Of a DNA stretch of 64,000 nt, positions 24,969 to 36,079 are shown piece by piece. Source of the DNA: Zootoca vivipara (taxonomy: Eukaryota); contig NC_083283.1 of NCBI RefSeq assembly GCF_963506605.1, positions 22,940,001 through 23,004,000 of the forward strand, read 5' to 3'. Position numbers and translations under genes: made by a program. The first letter of the stretch is position 1; every line of letters begins with the position of its first letter. The notes under the pieces are model-generated. The model was not told the origin of the DNA, made no database searches, and worked only from the letters and a program-made list of their open reading frames with translations.

Positions 24969-27900
24969 CGCTCACGCTCCCAAATGGCTATCCATTGACG
25001 GTCCTCGCCCTAATTGACAGTGGTGCCTCAGCCAACTTCTTCTCGAGAAACTTTGCAGAAGAGCACCAGATCCAGCTTCTGCAGCTGGATTTTCCTCTGC
25101 ACGTGGCAACCATTGACGGCAGAGAGCTGCTGGGAGGGGCCATCACTCATCAACCCCCCCCATGAGAATGACGGTTGGAAGGCACTCAGAGACACTGGCA
25201 TTCAACGTCACCACCATCTCAGACCCCCCAATCGTTTTGGGCATGAGCTGGCTGGCGCGCCACGACCCCTCCATAAGTTGGCATCAGAGATGCATCACTT
25301 TTGGATCGGACTTTTGCCTGGAACATTGCATGCAGCACCAACCAGGGGAGGGGCCTCCGATAGCCACGGTGGCCACCATGCACGTCAAAGGGGGTGAGGC
25401 GATACCCAAACCATACTGGGACCTGCAGGAGGTCTTCAGTGAAGCGGAGTCCGACCACCTGCCCCCACACAGGCCTTTTGACTGCCAGATCAACCTGGTG
25501 CCTGGGGCAACTATACCCCCAGCCAAGCTGTACGCCATGTCAGACCAGGAACTGGAGGATCTGCGCGCTTTTATCGACAAGAACCTCAAGCGGGGGTTCA
25601 TCAGAGAAAGCAAGGCAGCAGGGGGCAGCCCGGTCTTCTGGGTGGACAAGAAAGACACGCAACAGCGCCGTCTTGTGGTGGATTTTAGACGGCTGAATTC
25701 GGTGACAGAGCCAGTGGCTTTCCCCATGCCCAGAGTGGATGATCTCCTGACAGCGGCACGCAGAGGCAAGATTTTCACCAAGCTAGACCTGAGGGGGGCG
25801 TACAACTTGATCAGGATCCGGGAAGGCGATGAGTGGAAAACCACGATGTTCACGCCTCTGGGCTCTTTTGAATATCTGGTGATGCCCTTCGGGTTGCAAG
25901 GGGGCTCAGCATGCTTCCAGGCCTTCATGCACCACGTCCTGGGGTCCCTACTCTTCAGGAAATGCTTGGTCTTTCTGGATGACATCCTTATTTACTCCAA
26001 CGACCCAGTGCAGCACGTGAAGGACGTCAGGGAGGTGTTACAGCGCCTGAAGGAGAACCACCTGTATGTGAAGCTGGAGAAGTGCAAGTTTCACACCAAG
26101 GAGGTGGACTTCCTGGGCTACAAGCTGTCAGACAAGGGGCTGGCAATGGACAAGGACAAGGTGCAGACCATCCTGGACTGGCACAGCCCCAGGACGCGCA
26201 AAGATGCCCAACGCCTACTAGGCTTTGCCAACTTCTACAGGAAGTTCATCAAGAACTTCTCTCGAGTTACGGCTCCCATCACTGACTGCCTGAGAGGCAA
26301 GCAGAAGTTCAGGTGGACACCAGAGGCGCAAGCAGCGTTCGAAAGCCTCAAGAGGGTGTTCGCCTCAGACCAGAACCTGTTCCACGTGGTTCAGGACGCG
26401 CCCCTACGCATTGAAACAGATGCTTCTGATAAGGCTGTGGGCGCCATTTTGTTGCAACTGGACGCCAACAGAGAGTGGAGACCCTGTGCCTTCTTCTCCA
26501 GGAAGTTGACCCAGCCCGAGCGAAACTACACAGTTTTTGATCGGGAACTTCTTGCGATCCACGCGGCGTTCCAGCACTGGAGACACTTCCTGGTGGGCGC
26601 CAAGCACCCCATCCAGGTGTGCACAGACCACAAGAACCTGGAGTTCTGGAGAACTGCCAGGGTGCTCAACCAGCGGCAGATACGGTGGGCGGAGTTCTTC
26701 TCGAACTTCAACTTCTCCATACACTACATCCCAGGAGAGCAGAATGTCAGGGCGGATGCCCTCTCCCGCAAGCCAGAGTACATGGAGGAGGAGGCGCCAC
26801 CAGCCCCAAGGCACATTTTCCCCCCGTCGGCATGGTCCTGCGGAGCAGCAGTGGTGAGCGAGGCAGAACTCACAGCACTGACGGCAGCGGATGAATTTGC
26901 CAACCGCATCTTCAGAGAACTGAGAGGGGGGAGGGAGCAGGCAAAAGACTTTGCAGAACGCAGAGGGCTGCTTTTCTACAAGGGTGCGCTGTACCTACCC
27001 ACCACCCAGCTTCGACGTACGGTCCTCAAGCAGATGCACGACAACCCTACAGCGGGGCATTTTGGAAGGGACAAGACCACTCACCTAGTCATGAGACACT
27101 TCTGGTGGCCAGGGGTGAGGGAAGATGTTCGAGACTATGTAAGGGGCTGTACCACCTGCCAGCGGGCGAAGGTGGTCAGAGCAGCGCCACCAGGGTTGCT
27201 GGAGCCCTTAGCCACACCACACAGGCCGTGGGAAGTGGTGTCCATGGACTTCATCACAGATCTGCCTTCGTCCAGGGGTAAGACTGCAGTGTTGGTGGTG
27301 GTGGACCTCATGTCCAAAATGTGTCACTTTATACCGTGTGCCAGGGCAGTCTCGGCAGAAGAGACAGCCAAACTGTTTGTTGATCACATTTTCAGACTGC
27401 ATGGATTACCTTTAAGGGTTATTTCGGATCGTGGCCGCCAATTTGTTTCCAGGTTCTGGCGGCGGCTCATGAACCTCCTGCAGGTGGAGGTCAGCTTGTC
27501 GACGGCTAGACACCCGCAGACCAACGGACAAGCGGAGAGGGTCAACGCCATTCTGCAGCAGTACCTGAGATGCTACGTCAGCCAGCGGCAAACGGACTGG
27601 GTGGATCGCTTGCCACTAGCAGAATTTGCCTACAACAATGCAGTGCACGTCTCCACAGGGGTGTCGCCCTTTAAGGCCAATTACGGGCGCGACCTCAGAT
27701 CTTTCCCAGAGAGGGAGAGGGAGGAGGAGGAGGAGGGCCCACAGGCTGAGGATTGGGCAGAGGAACTGGAGACGGTGCACCAGCAGCTCAGAGAACACTT
27801 GGAGAGGGCCAAGGAAGCGTACAAAAAGGGGGCAGATCGCCACAGGCGACAAGGGGAGGTCATCAGGGTGGGGGACAAGGTGTGGTTGTCCTCGGAGGGC

Positions 27901-28950
27901 CTTCCCACCAGAGGGAGGTGCAAAAAGCTGGCACCCAAATGGCTGGGCCCCTTCACGGTCACGCAACAGGTCAACCCGGTGGCATACAGGCTGGCACTGC
28001 CAGAGGACATGAGGGTGCATCCAGTGTTTCATAGATCGCTGCTGTCGCCGTACAGGGAAAGCAGCAGGCTCAGAGACAGCGAACAAACCCCCGAGGGAGG
28101 GGGGGAGAGGGAAAGCAGGGAGCAACTCAATGAGGCCACGGCCATCCTGGATTCAAGGTGGGGGGTGGGGGGCCTGGAGTACCTCATGGCATGGGAGGAT
28201 GCTCCACCGTCCCAGAATGAATGGGTTCCCGCCACTCAGATACAGGAGGAATTCTTGGTGGAAGAATTTCACGCCCTCTTTCCCCACAGACCCAAGCCCT
28301 GGCACATGGAAAGGGAGGGGGAGGAGGAGGAGGCACGGGAGAACAGCTCACCATGGCGCTGGGAAGCGGAGTTTGAGGAACCAGAGGATGAGGTATGGGT
28401 GTCGCCAAGATCCACCCAGTCAGAGGAAGGAGCAGATTGGCAAAACATTTTTACCCCCACCAGCTCTGACGCCACGGACTTTTTGGGATTCCCGTCCTCC
28501 CAGGCGGAAGGGGGGGGCTCGCAGGACTGGGGGGAGGTGTTCACACCAACGGGCTCGGAGAGCACCGAGTTTTTAGGCTTCCAGTCGTCACCGACACATG
28601 GGGGGGGCCTGGGGAGGGGTGAAGGAGAGCTTGGGAGGGGGGTGGATGTGAGGGACAGGGGATATCGCGAAGTCCCTCCCCTCCTGAGTTCAAGCCCGTC
28701 CCCGAGCAAAGGGGAAAGCAGGGAGAGTTCCGATTCCAGTGGGGAAGCAGGAAGTCGTGTCCGAGGCTCAGGCAAGGTAGAGGAGCCAGGGTCCCAGGTG
28801 GGACAGGAAGGGGCAAGTAAGGGGGGAAGACCCATCCCCCCAACTCCAGAATTACGCAGGAAGAGGAGGGGCAAGAGGATGGGTCTGCCAAAGCTTTTGT
28901 GTTGGAGAAAGACGCGCCAAAAGCCATTAGGAGGTTCTGAAACCGACTGA
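24833..28950 (+). CDS. pol: Pol: protease, RT, RNase H, integrase, chromodomain and C-terminal tail; one base missing near the C8 run at 25154-25161 as assembled
   Basis: ALIDSGA protease; LDLRGAY...MPFGL...FLDD RT; TDAS/ELLAI/TDH/DALSR RNase H; HHCC, SMDF/SDRG/QAER integrase; GPF module; chromodomain 28126-28272. Confidence 0.95.
28619..28646 (+). other. Polypurine tract
   Basis: Purine-rich GAAGGAGAGCTTGGGAGGGGGGTGGA immediately before TGT of the 3' LTR. Confidence 0.8.
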
Positions 28951-29074
28951 CAACATCGCTCCGTGTAAATAGCAATGACTTGAGCACTGTAAATACGCAG
29001 CACCAATAAAAGAATAAAATGCAGAGCTGCGTAGCGTCGTTACTCTGAAGTAGTCCACTCCGGCCACTGTGACA
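28647..29074 (+). repeat. 3' LTR
   Basis: Direct repeat of 23264-23691, followed by TSD GTCTG. Confidence 0.97.
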
Positions 29075-31824
29075 GTCTGTTATTTCTGAACTTGGATGGC
29101 TTAAACCTTATTCAGAAGCTGGCACAAGATTTGCAGGATGCAGAAACAGTTGTTCTTAAGAAATTGGTGTTTATATAAAACACACTCTTTCCTATTGTGT
29201 TTGATTATAAAGATAAGAGTGGTTTTCCTAACTTCTTTCCCCCAGAATGGAAGAGACTTTTTACTGGTTGAAGGTATATTTGGAAAGTAATGGAAACTGG
29301 ATGATTTTTGCTAAACTTGTTTAGAGTAGATAGCTCTTTACCTGGATCTTAAGTTGGTATGTAAAGGTGTTGGTCAGCAGGAAGCTTCTTGGTCAAAGAA
29401 CATGCTTCTTAATTGTTTCCAAATTGTTGCTCTCTGTGTTGATGTTTTCCTGCAAGATTATATATGTAATTGTAGCACAACCTGAAAGTTGATTTGTGTA
29501 TTCGTTAAGTGTAAAAATACGCTGTGACTGTCTTCCTTCACAGATGACCAATTTTTATTTGAATGACCAAGAGTTATTTCAGATTATATGTAAAATTATG
29601 ATTACTGCTGCTGCCCCAAGATGCCTTACTTTACAATCTCATTGTTTTTGCTTTCTGTTCAAGGCTTCCCTTAGGTAAAGTGAGGCAGCTGCCTCAGACA
29701 GCAGACGTGGGAAGAATGGCAGCAGACAGAACTGTGTGTACCACCTAACCTTCTCTGTGCCTCCTCCTCCTAAGCTAGCGTGCTGTCCTTTGCTAGCATT
29801 ATTTCAAGTTTCAACTTCCAGGCTACTTACATCATTTCATTCAAAGCTTATAAGCATAAATATCACCCTCCCACGTTGATAGCCCTTGATGTCCGTAAAA
29901 CTGACTAGATTCCTAATTATTTAATACAGTCGTTTAGGTTGACTTAAAAGTACAAATGTTATTGGGAAAGCAGGGCGCAAGCTTTAGACTATTGTTGTTC
30001 TTAATGGTCACTGAATCTGCACTCTACGGCCCCCTTAAGAGTAGCTTCACATCAACAGGCTTGAAAATTAGGTAGTCACCTGACATTTAAACAGAAGTGC
30101 AAATTACATTATTCGTGTCCTAGAGGTACCAGCAATCCATGTTTAAGCCAAGATATATAACAGAAAATGTTGTATAAAGCTACTGTTTTTGCCTGTCAAG
30201 CAATTAAGCAATTTCAGTTTAAATGTCAGTTTGAAGATGAGAAACAGGAAAACAATGTAGAAATATTAGTTGCTCTTAATTCTTCTGTTTTGGTGTTATC
30301 CAAGGCAATAGTGTTCTGTAGCCACTGTATGACCTACCCAAAGGCAATTGCAATCCTTACTTTTTCAAAGCTAATTGTTCCATGTTTAGTTTACTAAATG
30401 TCATCTGGACTCAGTAAAAAGCAAATGACCTGCATTGAATTAGTATAATTGTAACAAAAACAAAATATCACATAGTTTGGGTCTCATACAGGAAAGGAGA
30501 AAGTTGGAAAAAATTCCCTGTTTGATAAATAAAATCTGAGATATGAAACAGGTTTTACCTGTTTTGGACTCTTTAAAATATTAAATTTTTACTTTTTATT
30601 CTTTACTATTCGAAAATAACATTTCCTCCCTCAAACTTATTTGACTGTCTCACATCAGTATAAGGTTATTTTAGTGATATATTTCTCTTTTTGCCAATTT
30701 AATCCTTTTTAAAATTCCCATGTAAGGCCCCACCATGACCTGGACTTGTAGGTTAGAGAGTGGCAAACACCTGCAAGAGGGGTCTGTTACGTATGCAAGA
30801 GGCTCAGTCCTAAGCAGTGCCCCCCTAGGAGCGATAGGCAGGTGATCAAGGAATGGTCAGTTTGAGAGATAAATTAAACCAGAGCCACATGAATACTGTA
30901 GGTAGTTTTAAGAAGACTAGTACAAATACAAGTGGCATATTTTATCATCATGTACAGTTTATATTGACTTTGCCAGAAGAAGGTAGGGGCAGAAGAGAGA
31001 GAGAAACAGTGTCTTTTTCTGGCTTTTTGGTTCTGTAGTTCTGGTTATATGAAGTCTCACCAGTCACTGGTGCAGGGAATCTCTGCAGAGATCCAGAACA
31101 GAATGTTGTAATTCTGTAATTATTTGAAACCTACTAATAGCAATTGTACAATCCACAGAAAGTTAAGTACACTGATCCCTACGGAGATCAGTGAGATTTC
31201 ATATGTTCTTTTGTCTGTTGTAGCCAACATGTGGCAGGCTTGTTTAGGTGTTATTAAAGATCACATGGGGAAATATTTCACACAGGTGCTTAGATTTCTA
31301 TTTGCAGTTATTATGGAAACTAGATCATTCAGTTAAGAATAAAAGAGAGAGAGAAGAAAACTGTTGTTCTTGATATGCAAGAAATAATGTAGAAACTGTG
31401 GGCCAGACAATGTGTGATTGTAACAGACCCCACACACTGTTCTTCCCCATAGCACTTCCTTTATTGCAGACTCATTTCTGGTATTGGAGTCTAGTTGCAG
31501 AATAGATGTCCCAGGGGTTGGGCAGGTGAGTGAGCCAGGTAAGAAAAAGTGGCAAATATTCAACAACCTCAACCTGTGGGCCCTTTCTGCACTCTTACCC
31601 TCTGCTTTACATATGATCAGGGCAAATCCATTTTCAAAGAATGGTTCTTTTGCCTTCACATAGAGTTTGATTCAAACCCATCTCTAGACAGCTTCCTTAG
31701 TGTAAACTTTAAAAAAGCCTTTCTGACTCACACCAGAGGCCCATCTAGTCCAGCACCCTGTTCTCATAGTGGCCAACCAGGTATCTATATGTAATATGTA
31801 CCTGAGTGTACACGCTTCCCACCT

Positions 31825-31825
<1 letters not shown>

Positions 31826-31865
<40 letters not shown>
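31826..31865. repeat. (GTT)n microsatellite
   Basis: About 13 perfect units. Confidence 0.9.
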
Positions 31866-32333
31866 AATTAGAATTTATATACTGCCCTATACCTGGAGGT
31901 CTCAGGTAATTACCAGCAATTGGCACACAGAGGTAGAACATATCTATTGTGGCTAGCATGTATAACTGAAGTTAATCAAATTGAGCTTCTTTGAAAGTAT
32001 CGTGCTTGAAAAGTGCTAGAAAGCTACTTTTACACATTTGACCTCTTGAATCATAGCATGTGCAGAACTGCAGAATAATCTTGTAGTTCAAGATAAAATG
32101 CCGCCTATCCTTTGGTAATCTTTGCTCTTAATCATGTGACAATTGTTCCCTTATCTTTTCCTCCTCCTGTGACATTTTCTGCTGTACCATCCTATCATAG
32201 TTTGCATTAAATAATATCCAAAGGTCATAATTTTAAGAGTATTTGCCGTTTATGGGTACAAATTATGGACAGCTAAACTACTGGTGCAATGATAGGAGTG
32301 AGGCCTTGTCAGCATATAACACCTGTTCTCAGA

Positions 32334-32525
32334 GATCTGCAGTGGTTGCTGATTTGCTACCGGGCCAAGTTCAAGGTGTTACTATTAGTATATAAAGCCC
32401 ATAACAACTTGGGACCAGTTTACCTATGAGATCGCCTTACTTACCCTATATAAGCCCTTTCAACCACTTTGATTGGCAGAACTCTCACTGTTACAGGTGC
32501 CACATAATACCTGTTCCACACTTGT
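32334..32525 (+). mobile_element. L2 ORF2 C-terminal fragment
   Basis: Reads like DLQWL.I.YRAKFKVLLLVYKA.NNLGPVYL, the L2 LHWLP...FK motif. Confidence 0.6.
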
Positions 32526-32879
32526 TGGGATGGCCAGGTTGCTAAGGGTCAAAAGAGATGTACAAGGAAGCTGCCTTGTTGTGAGCCATACTGAGAGACA
32601 ATGCCTCTTGCCTCAGTACTGTCTGCAGCATAGGTAGCCAATACGTTACCCACCTCTATGCTGGTAGATTACAACTCCCATCATCCCTGATAATTGGGTA
32701 TGCTGACGGGCTGATGGGAGGGGGAGTTAAGCAACATTTGGAGGCACAACGTTAGCTTTCTCTGGTCTACAATGACTGGCAGCAGCTTTCCCATGTTTTC
32801 ATACAAGGATTCCCCCCCTTGAATTGAATTGCTAGGAATTTATTTTGGGACATTTTGCCTGCAGAGCTACAGCCCCTCA

Positions 32880-33044
32880 NNNNNNNNNNNNNNNNNNNNN
32901 NNNNNNNNNNNNNNNNNNNNNNNNNNNNNNNNNNNNNNNNNNNNNNNNNNNNNNNNNNNNNNNNNNNNNNNNNNNNNNNNNNNNNNNNNNNNNNNNNNNN
33001 NNNNNNNNNNNNNNNNNNNNNNNNNNNNNNNNNNNNNNNNNNNN
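32880..33044. other. Assembly gap (165 N)
   Basis: Run of N. Confidence 1.
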
Positions 33045-34119
33045 AAGTGGGATCATCACTGGTGTGGAGAGAGGTGGGCTTTTTAATCCTTTGAGTTTGC
33101 TGCATTCCTTCTTGCCCCACATTGGTTATTTACGAGAGGAAAGCTTTGGCCCCAACTCCGCTTCCAGTCTAGCAACGGGATTTGTTTTTATCAACTTTTA
33201 TGTGCAAGCTTAGTAACTCAGCTATCTTCTGTAGTAAACTGAGCAATGTATATTGAGCATTTAACTGTAATGAATGTTTGTTTCCTTCACATGGCCAAAG
33301 CAATTTTGTAGTGTGGTTCTGAGCTGCTTTGGAGCTGATTCTCAAACAACCTTGTAAAGTGAAATAAACTCTGAAGGGTTGGAATATACTCTAATTATCC
33401 TGTATAAAGTGGTTTATATAATGTTTTATAGTGAGTCGTTGTGTCATAGGTCACTGTTAATTATTATATGGAACTTCAGCTGACTCTGTGATGATGATGA
33501 TACTAAAGAAACAGTAGTTAGACCATTTCCCCCCTTTAGGTTTTTTTTTTAAGCTACTGCAAAACTGCCATTCTAACTTGAACATTATGTGACAACTTTC
33601 CAACTTTCCAGGTTCAAATGTTGGTTACTGTCAAGGTCACAAGCAAATACTTTATCTTGGCATGTCCTTAATTTTAAATTAAAGTATGCTGCTAAACAAT
33701 TAGTTTGGATTTGCACTTTCTAAGACGAATCTGTTGATCATTGCTATGCCTTAAATTAGAGTATCTTCATTAAACATGATAAAATCATTGTAGAAGGGGT
33801 TAATTATGTTACACCAGATGGACACCTTGGCTTGTTGCCAGATTTCTCTCAAGTTAATAGTTTATCTGAATTATTCATGAAAAATAAATACTTGAATGGA
33901 GTTTGGGAAAGAATATTACATTTTATGTTGATGGCAGCTTTCCCCATTTATGAAAATCTTGTGACTGTTATAATAGTCGCAATTTTTCTGAGACCTTTTC
34001 ACAGTTGTTAAGGCTCAGGGTTGCACTACATACTGTGCACACTGCACAATGTATGTACATTTTGGGTGTAACATCAGAACACAAGAAGAACCTGCCAGAT
34101 CAGGCCAGTCACCCATCTA

Positions 34120-34209
34120 CATAGCTGCCAAGTTATCCCTTTTTTACAGGGATTTTCCCTTATGCTGAATAGGCTTCCTCGCGAGAAAAGGGAAAACTTG
34201 GCAGCTATG
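34120..34209. mobile_element. Second copy of the 90-bp hAT MITE, opposite orientation, inside an old CR1-like 3' end
   Basis: Same TIRs as 4669-4758, interior reverse-complementary; CATCTA duplicated in the flanks. Confidence 0.8.
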
Positions 34210-34272
34210 CATCTAGGCCAGCATCCTATTCTCACAGTGTCCAACCAGATGACAACGACGATGATGATTATA

Positions 34273-34640
34273 TTAATTAAATTTGTATACAGCCCTTCCT
34301 CCGAAGATCACAGGGTGGTTCACAAGATAAAAATACAAAATGCGAACACAAAATACATAATAGAAACAAGAACAACCCAGTAACCGCCTCCCACAAACAC
34401 ATTTAAAAGGCAATAGAATGTTAATCAGCCAAAAGCCTGGCTTAAAGAGAAATGTTTTCACCTGGCACCTAAAGATACGTAATGAAGGTTCCAGGCAAGT
34501 CTTCCTGGGGAGAGTATTCCACAAATGGGGAGCCACTGCAGAAAAGGCCTCTTCTGATGTTGCCACCCTCTGGACCTCTTGTGGTGGTGGCACATGAAGA
34601 AGGGCCTCAGAGTCCGGGTCAGTTCATATGGCAAGAGGCA
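34273..34640 (-). mobile_element. L2 LINE 3' end
   Basis: ORF 34273-34593 (-) reads AFSAVAPHLWNTLP...FRCQVKTFLF, the L2 ORF2 C-terminus. Confidence 0.8.
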
Positions 34641-35941
34641 GTCCTTATGCCTGTGGGAAACCTGCAAGTGGAATCGAAGCTCAAGAGCCCTCTCTTCTCC
34701 TGTGGTTTCCAGCAGCTGGTATATGGAAGGAAGCATTACTGCCTCCAGCTGTGGGGTCAGAGCAGTAGCCATAATGACTAGTAGCTTTCAGTACTGTTCT
34801 CCACCATGAATTTATCCAGTCCTCTTTTAAAGTCATTTGAGTTGGTGACCGTCACTGCCTACTATGGGAGAAAGTCCCATGACTGTGCACTACACAAATA
34901 AGTACTCTCTTTTTTCGTTTTTTTGCAGTGCATGTGTGTTTTCTATGCATGCCCACATATAAATTCAATAAACTAGCACTTTAGGCAGAGTGCTTTGCTA
35001 CATCTTTATCTCTAGGAAAGTTTGGCAGCTTCTGGGAGATTCTTACATTGGGAAGTAGTAAAAGCACACACCCTGAATTTTGCATATTACAGTCATTTTA
35101 TTATTGCCTCATTCCCCCATTCCCCCACACCCAGTATGGTGGTGATGTGGAAGCTGCAGTATTAGTACAATTCCTTCCTTTGCCTGTGGAATAAACTGAG
35201 GAGCCCTAGACATCTTGGAGGAATCCAGGTTGTGGCTTCTCCCCTCCGACTGTTATTTCTGTTTCAAGGAAAGACAAGTCTTATGGGGGAAATGGCCCTG
35301 TGCTACCTTCTTTTTTAGCCTCTGAAGGAGTCATGCAAAAGCTCCCACAATATAATATAAGACAGAGGGACTTGGCATACCACTTCATTCTGATTAATAT
35401 GTAGTTTGGTTCCAAGCTTACCTGCTTTTACAATTAACCTCTCATTCTTTATCTATTTTTATGTAGCAAGGTTTGTATTGCATTGGCAGATTAATAGAAA
35501 CCTAATCAATTTGTTAAGTGCTCTAAAATATTACCCATTTGATTTACCCAGTTTACTGTTTTGTATGTATAAAAGTGGCATATAATAGCTGCTAGATCAT
35601 ATTTTATGTGCTTAACCAGGAAGTGTTTTTGCTTCTCAGCCAAAAGACTGTGAAATTCAAAATCTTCTCTTGAGACTGATTAGCAATAATAGATAAAGTA
35701 AAGAATGATGTGCACAATGAGGTACAGTTTAAATAGAGGAAATTGTAATGGGAAGTAGCTACATTGGTAGCAGATGGATTTGCTTCCTTTATCTTGGTGA
35801 TATTGGAAATTCAAGACTAGCTAAACTCCCCTCATCCCCTTCCAGGTTTCAACTTGAAAAATAAAGATAAAAGGAACAAAGTTGTTTTAATTTGCTGAAA
35901 TACTGATAGACTTACCTTTTCTTCCACCCTTAAAAAAATAG

Positions 35942-36079
35942 GCAATTTTTATGATTCCTACGAACCCCCCTCCAACATTCCGGAAGCCAGAGCTCTGGTC
36001 TGATGAATTCACTGATTTCGTGAAAAAATGTTTGGTGAAGAATCCTGAGCAGAGAGCAACTGCAACCCAACTTTTGCAG
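35942..36079 (+). CDS. STK3: STK3 exon (exon 7 equivalent)
   Basis: aatag|...|gtcag, 138 bp; [46 protein letters not shown]. Confidence 0.97.

Larger units (their letters stand above)
23264..29074 (+). mobile_element. Full-length Ty3/Gypsy chromovirus LTR retrotransposon (Tf1/sushi group)
   Basis: Two 428-bp LTRs TGT...ACA, 5-bp TSD GTCTG (23259-23263, 29075-29079), gag-PR-RT-RH-IN-chromodomain order, PPT before the 3' LTR. Confidence 0.98.

Noticed and set aside
24661-25017. C-terminal part of the 435-aa ORF 23710-25017 as real Gag sequence
   Set aside because: After the (GC)7 tract it is out of frame; the CCHC knuckle and slippery site are in another frame.
28269-29006. 245-aa antisense ORF, plus other overlapping ORFs in the retrotransposon
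   Set aside because: Shadow ORFs of GC-rich, purine-skewed coding and LTR sequence with no recognisable motifs.
32767-33213. ORFs spanning the first N gap
   Set aside because: Artefacts of translating Ns.
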